From Candidatus Binatia bacterium (GTDB taxonomy: Bacteria; Desulfobacterota; Binatia; UBA9968): a DNA stretch of 64,000 nucleotides. The stretch spans positions 1,732-65,731 of the forward strand of contig DATBMR010000320.1 in the NCBI GenBank assembly GCA_036554745.1, in the 5' to 3' direction. The notes below the pieces were generated by a model. It was not told where the DNA came from and did not search any database. It was given only the letters and a program-made list of their open reading frames with translations. Positions within the stretch are counted from its first letter, which is position 1, and each line of letters starts with the position of its first letter. The position numbers were made by a program, and so were the translations under genes. This document shows, piece by piece, positions 17,190 through 27,647 of this stretch.

Positions 17190-18188
17190 CTATTTCCGCG
17201 ACAGCCCTTTTATGAACCCTGATTCCTCCAGTTCTTTGATAAGCCGGGTGTCGATGTAATCTTTGACATTGGCGTGCGCTGCCTTTGGGTTTTTTTCGGC
17301 CATCTCTTGGAGAACGAGCTGGTATCCCTCGGCCGGGGGGTAGGGCGCGTCGGGCATGAACTTCGCGTGCCAGTCCCAAGCGTCCTCGAGAAATTTTCGG
17401 TCATTGACGCGTGAATACTTGCCCATGATTTTGATCGTTTCTTCCTTGTTGGTTTTGTAGTAATGGATGCCCTCGACATAGGCACGCAGGTAACGCCGGA
17501 CCAGATCGGGCTTTTCACGAACCAATTTTGTCGAAGTATAAATACCGTTCTGAGGGAATGGAATCTTCAGTGCCACCATGTCGACGACTGTCGGGTAGCC
17601 GAGCTTTTCGGCCATCGCCTTGCCCGCTTCGGTGACCACAGTAAAATGGACGATGCCTTTCTGCAAAGCCACCATGCGTTCGATGGAGCCGCCGATGACG
17701 CGCAGCTGAACGTCCTTAAAGGGGTCGATACCGATTTTCTTCAAGCCGACTTTCAACGCGAACTCAGCCGTCGTGCCAGCGATATGATTGCCGCCGATCT
17801 TGCCGCGCAGATCCTCATGTTTCTTGATGGTCGGTTGCGCGACCAGGTAGTAGGGCAGCACGTTGACATTGCCCGCGACGGCGACCACGTCGCCGCCGGC
17901 GAGGCGCGCGCTTGCTAAGCCAGGTCCGCCGCCCTCGCCAATCAGGATTTCACCGGCCAAAATCGATTGAATGCCGCGCACGCTGCCGGAAATAAAGATG
18001 ACGGTCGCATCGATGCCGTGTTTGTCGAAGATTTTGGCGTCTTTGGCGACCCACAAAACTGACGAGGACCCGGGTGTTGTCGAGATATACGACGTGTTCA
18101 ACTTGTCGGCGGCCAAGGATGGCAGTGCGAGTAAAGTTAACAAAGCCGCCGCTATGAGTGAGACCCGTTGTCGGATTTTTTGCCGCAT
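17190..18188 (-). CDS. NMT1/THI5-like (NitT/TauT-type) ABC transporter substrate-binding protein
   Basis: A signal peptide is followed by SSSVLWVAKDAKIFDKHGIDATVIFISGS. GGGAGGG lies upstream of ATG 18188. Confidence 0.75.
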   Translation of the reverse strand: MRQKIRQRVSLIAAALLTLLALPSLAADKLNTSYISTTPGSSSVLWVAKDAKIFDKHGIDATVIFISGSVRGIQSILAGEILIGEGGGPGLASARLAGGDVVAVAGNVNVLPYYLVAQPTIKKHEDLRGKIGGNHIAGTTAEFALKVGLKKIGIDPFKDVQLRVIGGSIERMVALQKGIVHFTVVTEAGKAMAEKLGYPTVVDMVALKIPFPQNGIYTSTKLVREKPDLVRRYLRAYVEGIHYYKTNKEETIKIMGKYSRVNDRKFLEDAWDWHAKFMPDAPYPPAEGYQLVLQEMAEKNPKAAHANVKDYIDTRLIKELEESGFIKGLSRK

Positions 18189-18311
18189 GAATAACCCTCC
18201 CTAGGCGAATTGAAGCTCGCGTTACGTTACACAAGTTCACACGTTAGCGCAAAGGAGTTTGGAGCCCGCGACGTTGACATCGTTTCGGAATTCAATTTCA
18301 ATCAACTCACG

Positions 18312-18959
18312 ATGAAGAAGCCGGTGGATCTGATTATGTTCGATCTTGACGGGACGATTGCAGACACCGGCCAGGACCTGGCCGATTCAGTAAACTTTAC
18401 ACGCGCGCACTTCGATCTGCCCCCGCTTGCAGAGCAAAGAGTTCTCATCCACATCGGCCGCGGCGTTGAGCATCTGCTGAAAAGCGTTTTGCCCGAAGCG
18501 GATGGCGATCGTTTTCAGGAAATGATGCAGGTTTTTCTCCGGCATTACGAAGAGCACATGCTAGACCAGACCGCTCTTTACCCTGGTGTGCTTGAGGTGC
18601 TCGATTATTTTCGCGGCAAGCGTCGCATCGTGGTAAGCAACAAAATCCATCGATTGACGGAAGCGATGCTGCGAGGTCTCGCTGTGGAGCAGCATTTCGA
18701 TGCTATCTTCGGCGGCGACAGCGCGGCAGAGAAGAAACCGCACCCCGCGCTGTTGACCATGGCTCTGGAGCGCTATCGCATTCCGGCATCCAAGGCACTC
18801 ATGGTCGGCGACGGTGATATCGATGTCGAGGCGGGAAAGCGCGCCGGCGTCATGACCTGCGGCGTAACCTACGGCCAGGGTGATAAGAACCGATTGATCG
18901 CGGCCAAAGCGGATGTCTTAATAGATGAGTTGACCGAACTGCCGAACTATTTTTATTGA
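18312..18959 (+). CDS. HAD-IA hydrolase (phosphoglycolate phosphatase-like)
   Basis: MFDLDGTIADT (DxDxT), VSNK, KKPHP and VGDGDIDVEAGKRAG. The start is taken at ATG 18312. Confidence 0.8.
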   Translation: MKKPVDLIMFDLDGTIADTGQDLADSVNFTRAHFDLPPLAEQRVLIHIGRGVEHLLKSVLPEADGDRFQEMMQVFLRHYEEHMLDQTALYPGVLEVLDYFRGKRRIVVSNKIHRLTEAMLRGLAVEQHFDAIFGGDSAAEKKPHPALLTMALERYRIPASKALMVGDGDIDVEAGKRAGVMTCGVTYGQGDKNRLIAAKADVLIDELTELPNYFY

Positions 18960-18984
18960 CGGATGCTGGAATCGGGAGGAATCC

Positions 18985-19383
18985 ATGACGGCAATCATTC
19001 CTGAAGCATTCAAAGACGTTCTTAATAAACGCGGCTTCGCTCACTTGGCAACCCTGACCAAGGACGGCAGCCCCCAGGTGACGCCGGTTTGGTGCGATTA
19101 CGACGGCACGCACATCCGAATCAACTCGGCCAAAGGGCGACTGAAGGACAAAAACATGCGCCGTGACAAGCGCGTCGCCTTATCCATCCAGGATCCGGAT
19201 AACCCCTATCGCTATATCGCGATCCGCGGCGATGTCGTCGAAATAACGGAGAACGGTGCGGACACACATATCGACGCTTTGGCGAAGAAGTATCTGGACA
19301 AGGACCGTTACCCCTTTCGCGCCCCCGGGGAAGTCCGCGTCCTATACAAGATTCGCCCCGATAAAGTCTCCACGATGGGCTGA
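18985..19383 (+). CDS. PPOX-class (pyridoxamine 5-phosphate oxidase-like, probable F420-dependent) protein
   Basis: 132 aa, with FAHLATLTKDGSPQVTPVWCDYDGTHIRINSAKGRLKDKNMRRDKRVALSI. Confidence 0.75.
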   Translation: MTAIIPEAFKDVLNKRGFAHLATLTKDGSPQVTPVWCDYDGTHIRINSAKGRLKDKNMRRDKRVALSIQDPDNPYRYIAIRGDVVEITENGADTHIDALAKKYLDKDRYPFRAPGEVRVLYKIRPDKVSTMG

Positions 19384-19528
19384 TCGCCGGACACGTGCGC
19401 GGCTGAATCCGGATTTCGCAGTTGCGATTGATCCGAAACGGCGAGACACAAGCCTTCTGTAGCGGGTCAATGGGTCCGTGCCTCTGAACGAAATTCAGTT
19501 TAACCGCACGGGGTAAGGGTGCTCGGGT

Positions 19529-20947
19529 TTAAGGGACGCCTATTTTACAAGCGATTCCGGTGGCGTCGGCGAATTTATTGAGCGCCGCGAGCGCGGCCAC
19601 TTTGTAACATTCCGCGAGCGTCGGGTAGTTAAACACAGCGTCAACAAAATAATCGAGTTTACCGCGGTGAGCGATCACCGCTTGGCCGATATGCACGAGT
19701 TCGGTGGCGCCTTCGCCGATTACATGGACGCCGAGCAGTTCTCGCGTCTCGCCGTGAAAGAGCAGCTTGAGCATACCCACCGTGTCCCCGATCAATTGTC
19801 CGCGCGCGATCTCGCGATAGCGCGCGACGCCGATCTCGTACGGCACGCCTGCGCGCGTAAGCTCGTCTTCGTTGCGGCCGACCATCGAGATTTCTGGGAT
19901 CGTATAGATGCCGTAGGGAAGTAAATGGATCGCGGTTTCGCAGGCGAGGCCGAAGGCGTGGCATGCCGCGTGACGCCCTTGTTGCATGGACGTGGATGCG
20001 AGAGCCGGGAACCCCACAACATCGCCGACGGCATAAATGTGCGGCACTGAAGTCTGAAAGTCTTTGTTCACTTTCAATCGACCCCGATCGTCAGCTTCGA
20101 TGCCGACTTTCTCAAGGCCGAGGTTCTTAGTCGCGCCGACACGCCCCGCTGAATAGACCAGCAGGGACGCGCGAATTTGTTTGCCGCTCTTAAGTTGCAG
20201 GACGACCAAGTTGCCGATCGGCTTGGATACGCCGACGACCTCTTCGTTGAGGCGCAAGGTAACGCCGACGTTGCGCATTTGATATTGTAGCGATTCCACA
20301 ATCTCGCTATCGACGAATTCAAGAAGTCGGGGTCGGCGCTCTACAAGGACCACGGGTATGCCTAAAGTGGCAAGTATCGAAGCGTATTCGCAGCCGATGA
20401 CGCCGCCGCCGACAATCGTCAGAGACTTGGGCAACTGCCGGAGCGAGAGCAGCGCGTCGCTGTCGACGATCGATTCTCCATCGAACGGAATGTCCGCCGG
20501 GCGCGCCGCTTCCGAGCCGACGGCGACGACAATGTAATCGGCGGTATGCTCATTGCCTTCGGAGCCTTGTTGAACCGCGAGACGGTGGGGGTCGACGAAA
20601 GACGCCGTGCCGATGATGAAGTCCACGGAATTTCGTACCAGTTGGTTTCGAACGATTTCTTGTTCGGCTTTGATCACGTGATCACAGCGTTGCGCGAGGT
20701 CCTCGAAAGTGATGTCTTTCTTGACGCGGTAGCTGGCGCCGTAAAGGTTGCGCTGGCGAAAACCCGAGAGAAACAGTACTGCTTCGCGCAGGGATTTGCT
20801 CGGGATAGTCCCGATATTGATGCAAACGCCGCCCGCAACGTTTTTTCGTTCGACGACGGCGACCTTCCTACCGACTTTCGCCGCTTGGATCGCCGCTTTT
20901 TGGCCGGCTGGGCCGGAGCCGATCACGAACATGTCATAGTGGGCCAT
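19529..20947 (-). CDS. sthA: soluble pyridine nucleotide transhydrogenase (Si-specific NAD(P)+ transhydrogenase)
   Basis: VIGSGPAGQKAA and GGVCINIGTIPSK (a single Cys rather than the CxxxxC disulfide), with the two-dinucleotide-fold layout of the flavoprotein disulfide reductase family. Confidence 0.8.
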   Translation of the reverse strand: MAHYDMFVIGSGPAGQKAAIQAAKVGRKVAVVERKNVAGGVCINIGTIPSKSLREAVLFLSGFRQRNLYGASYRVKKDITFEDLAQRCDHVIKAEQEIVRNQLVRNSVDFIIGTASFVDPHRLAVQQGSEGNEHTADYIVVAVGSEAARPADIPFDGESIVDSDALLSLRQLPKSLTIVGGGVIGCEYASILATLGIPVVLVERRPRLLEFVDSEIVESLQYQMRNVGVTLRLNEEVVGVSKPIGNLVVLQLKSGKQIRASLLVYSAGRVGATKNLGLEKVGIEADDRGRLKVNKDFQTSVPHIYAVGDVVGFPALASTSMQQGRHAACHAFGLACETAIHLLPYGIYTIPEISMVGRNEDELTRAGVPYEIGVARYREIARGQLIGDTVGMLKLLFHGETRELLGVHVIGEGATELVHIGQAVIAHRGKLDYFVDAVFNYPTLAECYKVAALAALNKFADATGIACKIGVP

Positions 20948-20974
20948 GAGGTGCTCCCGGGATCGCTGCGAACC

Positions 20975-21925
20975 TTACAACCTTCGCACGAGGTCGCTGT
21001 CCTTGAGTTTCTCAAAGGCGCGGGCAGCCACCGCGACATCCATGATGCCGGTGCCTTGAAGCTTGAAGAGCGTAATCTGCTTTTCGTTCGTTCGTCCGGG
21101 CACCTCGCCCAGTAGCAGGCGAGAAATTTCATGGACGCGATCCCAGGAGATGACTTTGTCGCGTGCGGCGCGAAAAACGTCGCTTTCGTTGACACCAACA
21201 GTTTCCTTAGAAGTAACGAATATCGGATCGGCGCGCCGCATCGTCTCTTCATCGAGTTCCTGCCTGGTGCGCGTCTTGTCGCCGTTGGCAATGGAGGTAA
21301 TGTGGGTTCCCGCCATGAGCCAGTTACCATCGAGTACCGGCGTCTTGGCATCGGTTGCCGTAATCACGATATCAGCGTCGGCTAGCGCTTCTTGAGCGCC
21401 GGCGACCGGACTTACTTTCCTATTCAGTTCACGGCTCATTTTATTCGCGAAGGCTTCACGATGTGCCTGCGACGGGCTGAAGACTTTGACCTGCGTCAAA
21501 TTTCTAACAACGGCGACCGCTTCGAGTTGGGTTTCGGCATGCGCGCCACTGCCGATGACCGCTACGCGGCTGGCGTCGAAGCGGGCCAAGTATTTGGCGC
21601 CGATGCCGCCAGCGGCGCCGGTGCGGTTTTCGTTGATCGAACAATCTTGAAACAGGATGAGGGGTTCACCGGTCTCCACGCTATATAGAATCACCGTTTC
21701 ATGGTGAACGCGCCGATCCAAATCGGTTTGAAGGTATGCGCCCATGGCGCCCCGGACCGACCCCGGCAGAAGACCAAAGATCATTCGGTTCGGATGATGA
21801 ATTCTGCGTCTGGGCAGGTCGAAGCCGCGGCCCAAAGCCATTTCCTTGAGAGCATCTTCAATGGCTTCGATCATCTCTGTGAGCGGGAGGATCTGATCAA
21901 TCGGCGTGTTTTCGAGAAAGAGCAT
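20975..21925 (-). CDS. ornithine cyclodeaminase / mu-crystallin family protein
   Basis: VAVIGSGAHAETQLEAVAVVRNL with the overall OCD_Mu_crystallin layout. Length is 316 aa. Confidence 0.8.
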   Translation of the reverse strand: MLFLENTPIDQILPLTEMIEAIEDALKEMALGRGFDLPRRRIHHPNRMIFGLLPGSVRGAMGAYLQTDLDRRVHHETVILYSVETGEPLILFQDCSINENRTGAAGGIGAKYLARFDASRVAVIGSGAHAETQLEAVAVVRNLTQVKVFSPSQAHREAFANKMSRELNRKVSPVAGAQEALADADIVITATDAKTPVLDGNWLMAGTHITSIANGDKTRTRQELDEETMRRADPIFVTSKETVGVNESDVFRAARDKVISWDRVHEISRLLLGEVPGRTNEKQITLFKLQGTGIMDVAVAARAFEKLKDSDLVRRL

Positions 21926-22068
21926 GGCGTAACAGAAGGGCGTGCCGCGACAAACGGAGCCTTGTTGGCCTCAAGGTGCCGCGCGCTTGTCGCTGGTAAA
22001 TTGTTGTCCCGCTGAGAATTCTACCCATCCCATGGTGCGAGGGACATGTTACGATCGAATGAAAACAA

Positions 22069-22755
22069 TCAGACTAACCCACCTTTTGCCACCAGCTTTT
22101 GTTCCCAGCGGCTCGCGTATTGGGACATTGCGTAACTGCAAATCCAATATACCATGGCGATAAAGAGGTAAAGTTCGAACGGACGAATTTCGCGGTTGTT
22201 GACGATCTGCGCGGCTTTGGTGAGATCGACGTAGCCGATGATTGACGCCAGAGAGGTATCTTTGAGGAGCACGATGAATTGCGTAACGAGTGCGGGAATC
22301 ATGTTGCGCAGCGCCTGCGGCAAAATCACATGACGCATCATCGCGGCATTGGCGAGCCCGCTGGCCGTGGCCGCTTCGCTCTGGCCGCGCGGCACCGACT
22401 GGATTCCCGCGCGCACGATTTCTGCGAGGTAGGCGGCCTCGAAAACGACAAAGGCGGTCAGGGCAACGCTGTATTCCGGGAGTGATCTGCCGAGCACTGC
22501 AGGAATGATGAACCAGAACCAAAAAATCACCATCACTAACGGCACGCCGCGAAAAAACTCGACGTAGATCTTTGCCGGCAGACTTATCCACGGTGAACGC
22601 GCGAGTCGCGCAATTCCGATAATCGTGCCAACCAAAAAGCCGAGCACGATCGCCGGCAGCGCCAGCCGCAGGGTTCCGCCGGCAAATGATCCCAGCCCGA
22701 TGAAGCCCTGGAACACGAGAAAGGCAAAGTTATCGGTGATGACTCGAACATCCAT
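22069..22755 (-). CDS. polar amino acid ABC transporter permease
   Basis: His/Glu/Gln/Arg-type permease with EAATASGLANAAMMRHVILPQALR (EAA loop). Confidence 0.85.
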   Translation of the reverse strand: MDVRVITDNFAFLVFQGFIGLGSFAGGTLRLALPAIVLGFLVGTIIGIARLARSPWISLPAKIYVEFFRGVPLVMVIFWFWFIIPAVLGRSLPEYSVALTAFVVFEAAYLAEIVRAGIQSVPRGQSEAATASGLANAAMMRHVILPQALRNMIPALVTQFIVLLKDTSLASIIGYVDLTKAAQIVNNREIRPFELYLFIAMVYWICSYAMSQYASRWEQKLVAKGGLV

Positions 22756-22756
22756 C

Positions 22757-23482
22757 TCAAACCTCGCCGGTGCGTACGCGGCCGATCATGCCCGGTATCG
22801 CTACGCGCCGCTCGATACACGTCATCACCGCAGCGATGAGCAGGCAGAGCACCAGATAAATGACCGTCCCGGCCGCCAACGCTTCAAATGCTTTCGCCGT
22901 GTAGGTTTCGATCTGGCGGGTTTGAAAGGTTAATTCCGCCACGCCGATCGTCAACGCAACGGACGAATTTTTGAGCAGATTGAGAGTTTCGTTGGTGGCG
23001 GGCGGAACGATTAACCGCAAGGCGATCGGGATGATGATGAGTCGGTAAGTCTCCAGCACGGTCAACCCGGTTGACGCGGCGGCTTCAAACTGGGTCTTGG
23101 GAACCGAGCCGATCCCGGAACGGATAACCTCAGAGAACCGCGCGCCGTGATAAAAGCCGAGAGCGCAAGCCCCAGCCCAGAACTCGGCGCCATGGTCAAA
23201 CAACCAATTGCGCAATAACTGTGGCAACAGCGGTGAAATGCCGAAATACCAGAAAAACATCCAGACGAGCAGCGGAACGTTGCGAAAAAATTCCACGTAA
23301 GCGGTGGCCAGCCACCGTAGAGGAGCACCCGGAAAGGTCCGCAACGCTCCCGATAGAGTGCCGAGCCAAACCGCAATCAGCCAACCAAGGGCGGATATCT
23401 CCAGTGTCACCAGAAGACCCTGAAGCAACCATTCACCGGTCTGGCCGGTCCAGAGGACGCTCCAGTTGAATTGATAACTCAT
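22757..23482 (-). CDS. polar amino acid ABC transporter permease
   Basis: FEAAASTGLTVLETYRLIIIPIALR EAA loop. It lies 1 nt from the next permease gene. Confidence 0.85.
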   Translation of the reverse strand: MSYQFNWSVLWTGQTGEWLLQGLLVTLEISALGWLIAVWLGTLSGALRTFPGAPLRWLATAYVEFFRNVPLLVWMFFWYFGISPLLPQLLRNWLFDHGAEFWAGACALGFYHGARFSEVIRSGIGSVPKTQFEAAASTGLTVLETYRLIIIPIALRLIVPPATNETLNLLKNSSVALTIGVAELTFQTRQIETYTAKAFEALAAGTVIYLVLCLLIAAVMTCIERRVAIPGMIGRVRTGEV

Positions 23483-23559
23483 TTTTTGGGACAGATGTCA
23501 GGCGCTAGGCGACGCGCAATAGTAAATGATCCCTGTTGCTTTCGCCGGTGGTTGCCTTC

Positions 23560-24420
23560 TTATTTGGGGACGACTTGCATTTGCAGAAACCGCTTGGTTT
23601 CGGGAGACAGCGGATAAGGCACTTCGCCCTTGGGCCCGAACCATTTGTCATAGAGCTGAAAATAAAGTCCTGACATAATGGCGTCCATCAAGCCGACGTT
23701 GACCAAATGCCGGAAATCGGAATCATTCTTGCGCATCGCCATCCCGTAGGGCTCGTACGAGAAAAATTCACCGACCACTGCCCAATCGTCGGGCTTCGGC
23801 GCTTTGGCGCGCAAACCCGCAAGCTGGATCCCGTCATTGGTGTAGGCTTCCACCTGCCCTTGGGCGAGAGCTTGAAAGGCGGCGGGCTGATCCGGAAATT
23901 CAAGCAACTTGGCATTGGGCACGCGCTCGCGAATGATCTTTGCATTGGTAGATCCTTGCTGGGCCGCAATGCGTCGGTTCCCAATCGATTGAATGCCTTT
24001 GATCGGGCTGCCTCTTTTCACCAGAAACTGCGCGCCGGTAACGAAAAAGGTCAAACTGAAGTCAACGCTTTCCCGCCGTGATTGCGTATCGGTCATGGTT
24101 TCAGCGACGAGATCGACGGCATTCGCCGTCAGCAGCGGAATCCGAGTCTGCGGCGTCGATTCCTTTTTTTCGACTTTGATTTGTTTGTTGAGTTTTTTAT
24201 TTAGCTCGGGGAGGATCGCTTTTTCGACCAAGTCGATCGAGAAGCCGACCCATTCATTACTCCGGTTGACGTAGGCGAACGGCGGAGAGCCGCGGCGCGT
24301 ACCGATGGTCAAGGCACCGCTTTTGGCGATTTTCTCCAACGTGGATTGTGCTCCCGCACGTTCGATCGCGCCGATCCAGAAGATCATCCCGAAGGCGATG
24401 AATAGCAGAGGCCGCTTCAT
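23560..24420 (-). CDS. polar amino acid ABC transporter substrate-binding protein
   Basis: A signal peptide (MKRPLLFIAFGMIF...) is followed by WVGFSIDLV and the type-3 SBP layout. Start 24420 has GAGGAG upstream. The longer track ORF overlaps the ATPase gene. Confidence 0.85.
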   Translation of the reverse strand: MKRPLLFIAFGMIFWIGAIERAGAQSTLEKIAKSGALTIGTRRGSPPFAYVNRSNEWVGFSIDLVEKAILPELNKKLNKQIKVEKKESTPQTRIPLLTANAVDLVAETMTDTQSRRESVDFSLTFFVTGAQFLVKRGSPIKGIQSIGNRRIAAQQGSTNAKIIRERVPNAKLLEFPDQPAAFQALAQGQVEAYTNDGIQLAGLRAKAPKPDDWAVVGEFFSYEPYGMAMRKNDSDFRHLVNVGLMDAIMSGLYFQLYDKWFGPKGEVPYPLSPETKRFLQMQVVPK

Positions 24421-24430
24421 ATCGTTCTCC

Positions 24431-25186
24431 TCAATGTGAAAGGATTTTGCTGAGAAATTGTTTTGCCCGCGGCGACTCCGGCGCCGCAAAAAATTTCTCC
24501 GGTTCATTGGCTTCGATGATTTGTCCCTGATCCATGAAAATGATCCGGTGAGCGACCCGTCGAGCAAAACCCATCTCATGCGTCACGACGACCATCGTCA
24601 TGCCGTCGTGGGCGAGGTCGGTCATGACCTCCAAGACTTCGTTGATCATTTCCGGGTCGAGGGCCGAAGTTGGTTCGTCGAACAGCATGATTTTCGGCTT
24701 CATCGCAAGCGCGCGAGCGATGGCGACGCGTTGTTGCTGCCCGCCGGAAAGGTTGGCTGGGTAAACACCGGCTTTATCCGGGATCCCTACTCGTTCCAAC
24801 AATTTCGTAGCGATTTTCTGCGCTTCGGCAGGCGATCGGCCCCTCACTTTGATCGGCGCTAGCGTGATGTTCTGCATCACGGTCATGTGCGGATACAAGT
24901 TGAAAGATTGGAAGACCATCCCCACATCGGCGCGCAAGCTCGGGGCGTCCAGACGAGCGTCGCAAACGGACCGTCCATCAACGATGATGTCCCCGGATTG
25001 AATCGTTTCGAGCCGGTTGATGCAGCGGATCAGAGTGCTTTTGCCGCTACCGCTCGGGCCGCAGACGACGACGACGGTCCCCGCTTCGATGAAGAGGTCA
25101 ATGTCTCTGAGGACCTGAAGCGAGCCGAACCATTTGTTGACCTTACGAAATTCGATCACGGTTATCGGACGTGGTTCGTCTGACAA
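24431..25186 (-). CDS. polar amino acid ABC transporter ATP-binding protein
   Basis: Walker [10 protein letters not shown], signature [15 protein letters not shown] and Walker [13 protein letters not shown]. Confidence 0.9.
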   Translation of the reverse strand: MSDEPRPITVIEFRKVNKWFGSLQVLRDIDLFIEAGTVVVVCGPSGSGKSTLIRCINRLETIQSGDIIVDGRSVCDARLDAPSLRADVGMVFQSFNLYPHMTVMQNITLAPIKVRGRSPAEAQKIATKLLERVGIPDKAGVYPANLSGGQQQRVAIARALAMKPKIMLFDEPTSALDPEMINEVLEVMTDLAHDGMTMVVVTHEMGFARRVAHRIIFMDQGQIIEANEPEKFFAAPESPRAKQFLSKILSH

Positions 25187-25353
25187 GATTGAAAATTTCT
25201 GACCGGCATACTATATGAACAACGGTCTTTTGCAACCACGAGGGAATGGAGCGGTCGCGCTCGCGTCATCGCCGAGCTGCAGTAGCGGCCGTATCACACG
25301 CCGCGGGTTGGTTTCCGAATCCCACTGACACGGGTCATTACTCAGAGTTCGTC

Positions 25354-25803
25354 GTGGATCTTTATCTCGTCAGGCATGGAGACGCCGTTACGGCGGCGGA
25401 GAATCCGCAGCGGCCGCTGTCGTTGGCAGGCCGGCGGCGGGTCGAACAGACCGCGCGTTTGGCGCTAGCGCGCGATCTCGCGATCTCGAAGATTTATCAT
25501 TCCGGCATATTGCGAGCGCAGGAAACCGCGGAGATCTTGGCTGAGCACATCATGCCCGCCGAAGGGACCGCGCCTCTGGCCGGCTTGTTGCCCGACGATG
25601 ATCCGGCAATAGTCGTGGCTGAGTTTGACAGTGCCACGGAATCGGTTCTGTTGGTCGGGCACCTGCCTTTTTTGAGTCGACTTGCTGCGTTGCTCGTTAA
25701 CGGCGACGCGGAAAGGCCGGTCGTCGACTTCTTCCCGGCGACCATGGTGTGTTGTTCGAGATTGGCTGCGCAGTGGAAAATCAGTTGGCGCATCGCGCCC
25801 TAG
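25354..25803 (+). CDS. sixA: phosphohistidine phosphatase SixA
   Basis: LYLVRHGDAV (the RHG motif) and LLVGHLPFLS. GTG 25354 gives the usual length of about 150 aa, whereas the track ORF starts at 25246. Confidence 0.7.
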   Translation: MDLYLVRHGDAVTAAENPQRPLSLAGRRRVEQTARLALARDLAISKIYHSGILRAQETAEILAEHIMPAEGTAPLAGLLPDDDPAIVVAEFDSATESVLLVGHLPFLSRLAALLVNGDAERPVVDFFPATMVCCSRLAAQWKISWRIAP

Positions 25804-25882
25804 CCGCGCGGATGCGGAGTTGACCGGGGCATGGGGATGGTCTAAAAAGAATCGTGCCAAGACAGGGTGAAAGGTTAATACG

Positions 25883-27169
25883 ATGGCTTCAGATACGTTG
25901 ACCATTATCGATAACCGAACCGGCAAGAAATACGATATTCCGATAAAGAACGGCGCCATCAAAGCGACCGATCTCTTCCAAATCAAAGTCGCAGAAGACG
26001 ATGGCCTCGTCAGCTACGACCCCGGTTTCATGAATACCGCCTCCTGCCAGAGCAAGATTACTTACATCGACGGGGACCGCGGGATCCTGCGCTATCGGGG
26101 CTATCCCATCGAGCAGATTGCAGAGAAGAGCAGCTACTTAGAAACCGCGTACTTGATACTTTACGGCGAGTTGCCGACACCATCACAGCTTGGAGAGTGG
26201 ACCCACAACATCACCTTTCACTCGATCATTCACGAAAATATTAAAAAACTCATCGACGGGTTTCATCATGACGCCCACCCGATGGGAATATTGGTGAGCA
26301 CCGTGGGTGCCCTCTCGACATTTTATCCGGAGGCGAAGAAGATCTTTGATGTGAAGTCGCGGCACGATCAAACCTACCGCCTGATCAGCAAGATGCCGAC
26401 ACTGGCGGCGTTCGCCTACCGGCACAGTCTCGGCCTGCCCTTTTCCTATCCGGATAACGACTTGAGCTACGCCGGCAATTTTCTCAACATGCTGTTCAAG
26501 ATGACTGAGCTCAAGTACGAACCGCATCCCGTGCTCGAACGGGCGCTGGATATTTTGTTCATCCTGCACGCCGATCATGAGCAAAACTGCAGCGCCAACG
26601 CCATGCGCAGCGTCGGCAGCTCGCACGTGGATCCTTATTCGGCCGTCGCCGCCGCCGCTGCCGCACTGTACGGGCCGCTGCACGGCGGCGCCAATGAAGC
26701 CGTGCTCAGGATGCTGATGGAGATCGGCGCCAAGAACAAGGTCCCGGAGTTCATCAAGAAGGTCAAAGGCGGCGAAGGGCGATTGATGGGATTCGGTCAT
26801 CGGGTTTACAAGAACTACGATCCCCGCGCCAAAATCATCAAAGAGATCGCCGACCAGGTTTTCGAAGTGAAAGGCCGTAATCCCTTGCTTGATATTGCTC
26901 TGGAGCTGGAGCGGATCGCTCTCGAGGACGAGTATTTCATCCGGCGTAAACTTTACCCCAACGTCGATTTTTATTCAGGCTTGATCTATCAATCGATGGG
27001 TCTGCCGATGGACATGTTTCCCGTCTTGTTTGCGATTCCACGGACCAGTGGGTGGATCGCCCAGTGGGAAGAGATGTTAACGGATGCCGACCAAAAATTG
27101 GCGCGTCCCAAGCAACTTTATCTCGGCGCCGCGCCGCGCGATTACGTGCCGATCGAAAAGCGCAAGTAA
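25883..27169 (+). CDS. gltA: citrate synthase
   Basis: GFGHRVYKNYDPRA, LHADHEQNCS and 428 aa, consistent with type II citrate synthase. Confidence 0.95.
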   Translation: MASDTLTIIDNRTGKKYDIPIKNGAIKATDLFQIKVAEDDGLVSYDPGFMNTASCQSKITYIDGDRGILRYRGYPIEQIAEKSSYLETAYLILYGELPTPSQLGEWTHNITFHSIIHENIKKLIDGFHHDAHPMGILVSTVGALSTFYPEAKKIFDVKSRHDQTYRLISKMPTLAAFAYRHSLGLPFSYPDNDLSYAGNFLNMLFKMTELKYEPHPVLERALDILFILHADHEQNCSANAMRSVGSSHVDPYSAVAAAAAALYGPLHGGANEAVLRMLMEIGAKNKVPEFIKKVKGGEGRLMGFGHRVYKNYDPRAKIIKEIADQVFEVKGRNPLLDIALELERIALEDEYFIRRKLYPNVDFYSGLIYQSMGLPMDMFPVLFAIPRTSGWIAQWEEMLTDADQKLARPKQLYLGAAPRDYVPIEKRK

Positions 27170-27255
27170 GGTTTAGCGCAAACGTGTCGCGATTGGTCGC
27201 ACGGTGAGTGGGTCGCAAACATCCTGATTCTAAAGCAGTTTAGGCCGCCGCCGTT

Positions 27256-27567
27256 TCATGTTTTAAAGTTCGGATAGCCGGCCTTTGCCGTTTTTGCCTT
27301 ATAATCCGCCACTAGCTCCTCGCGTGGTTTTTCGTGTACCCAGACAGCTTCGGTGAAACTCCACAACGTGAAAGGATGGGCACCCAGGGCGTAAAGCGCG
27401 CCGTAATCTTTAGTCGCCAATGCTTCGCGTTCTTGCGGTTCCAATTTCAATTTCTGAGTTTGCTCCCAGCGCTCGACGAACTGGCGCGGGTTCGCTTTGT
27501 ATTCCTTTTCCGCCGATTCGTTCATGTTGACCAAGTGAATGAGTTTGTTCATCAGATACTTACTCAT
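27256..27567 (-). CDS. LigA-like small subunit of a class III extradiol ring-cleavage dioxygenase
   Basis: 103 aa. MNKLIHLVNMNESAEKEYKANPRQF...EREALATKDYGALYALGAHPF resembles the LigA subunit, and the gene lies downstream of a LigB-like gene on the same strand. Confidence 0.55.
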   Translation of the reverse strand: MSKYLMNKLIHLVNMNESAEKEYKANPRQFVERWEQTQKLKLEPQEREALATKDYGALYALGAHPFTLWSFTEAVWVHEKPREELVADYKAKTAKAGYPNFKT

Positions 27568-27647
27568 TGAGGGTCCTTTCTGCGCCGAGATGGTCGCAAA
27601 GCCTCGCAGCCATAGCCCTTCCCTAACGCTTCCTTGTCGCTTGGAGA

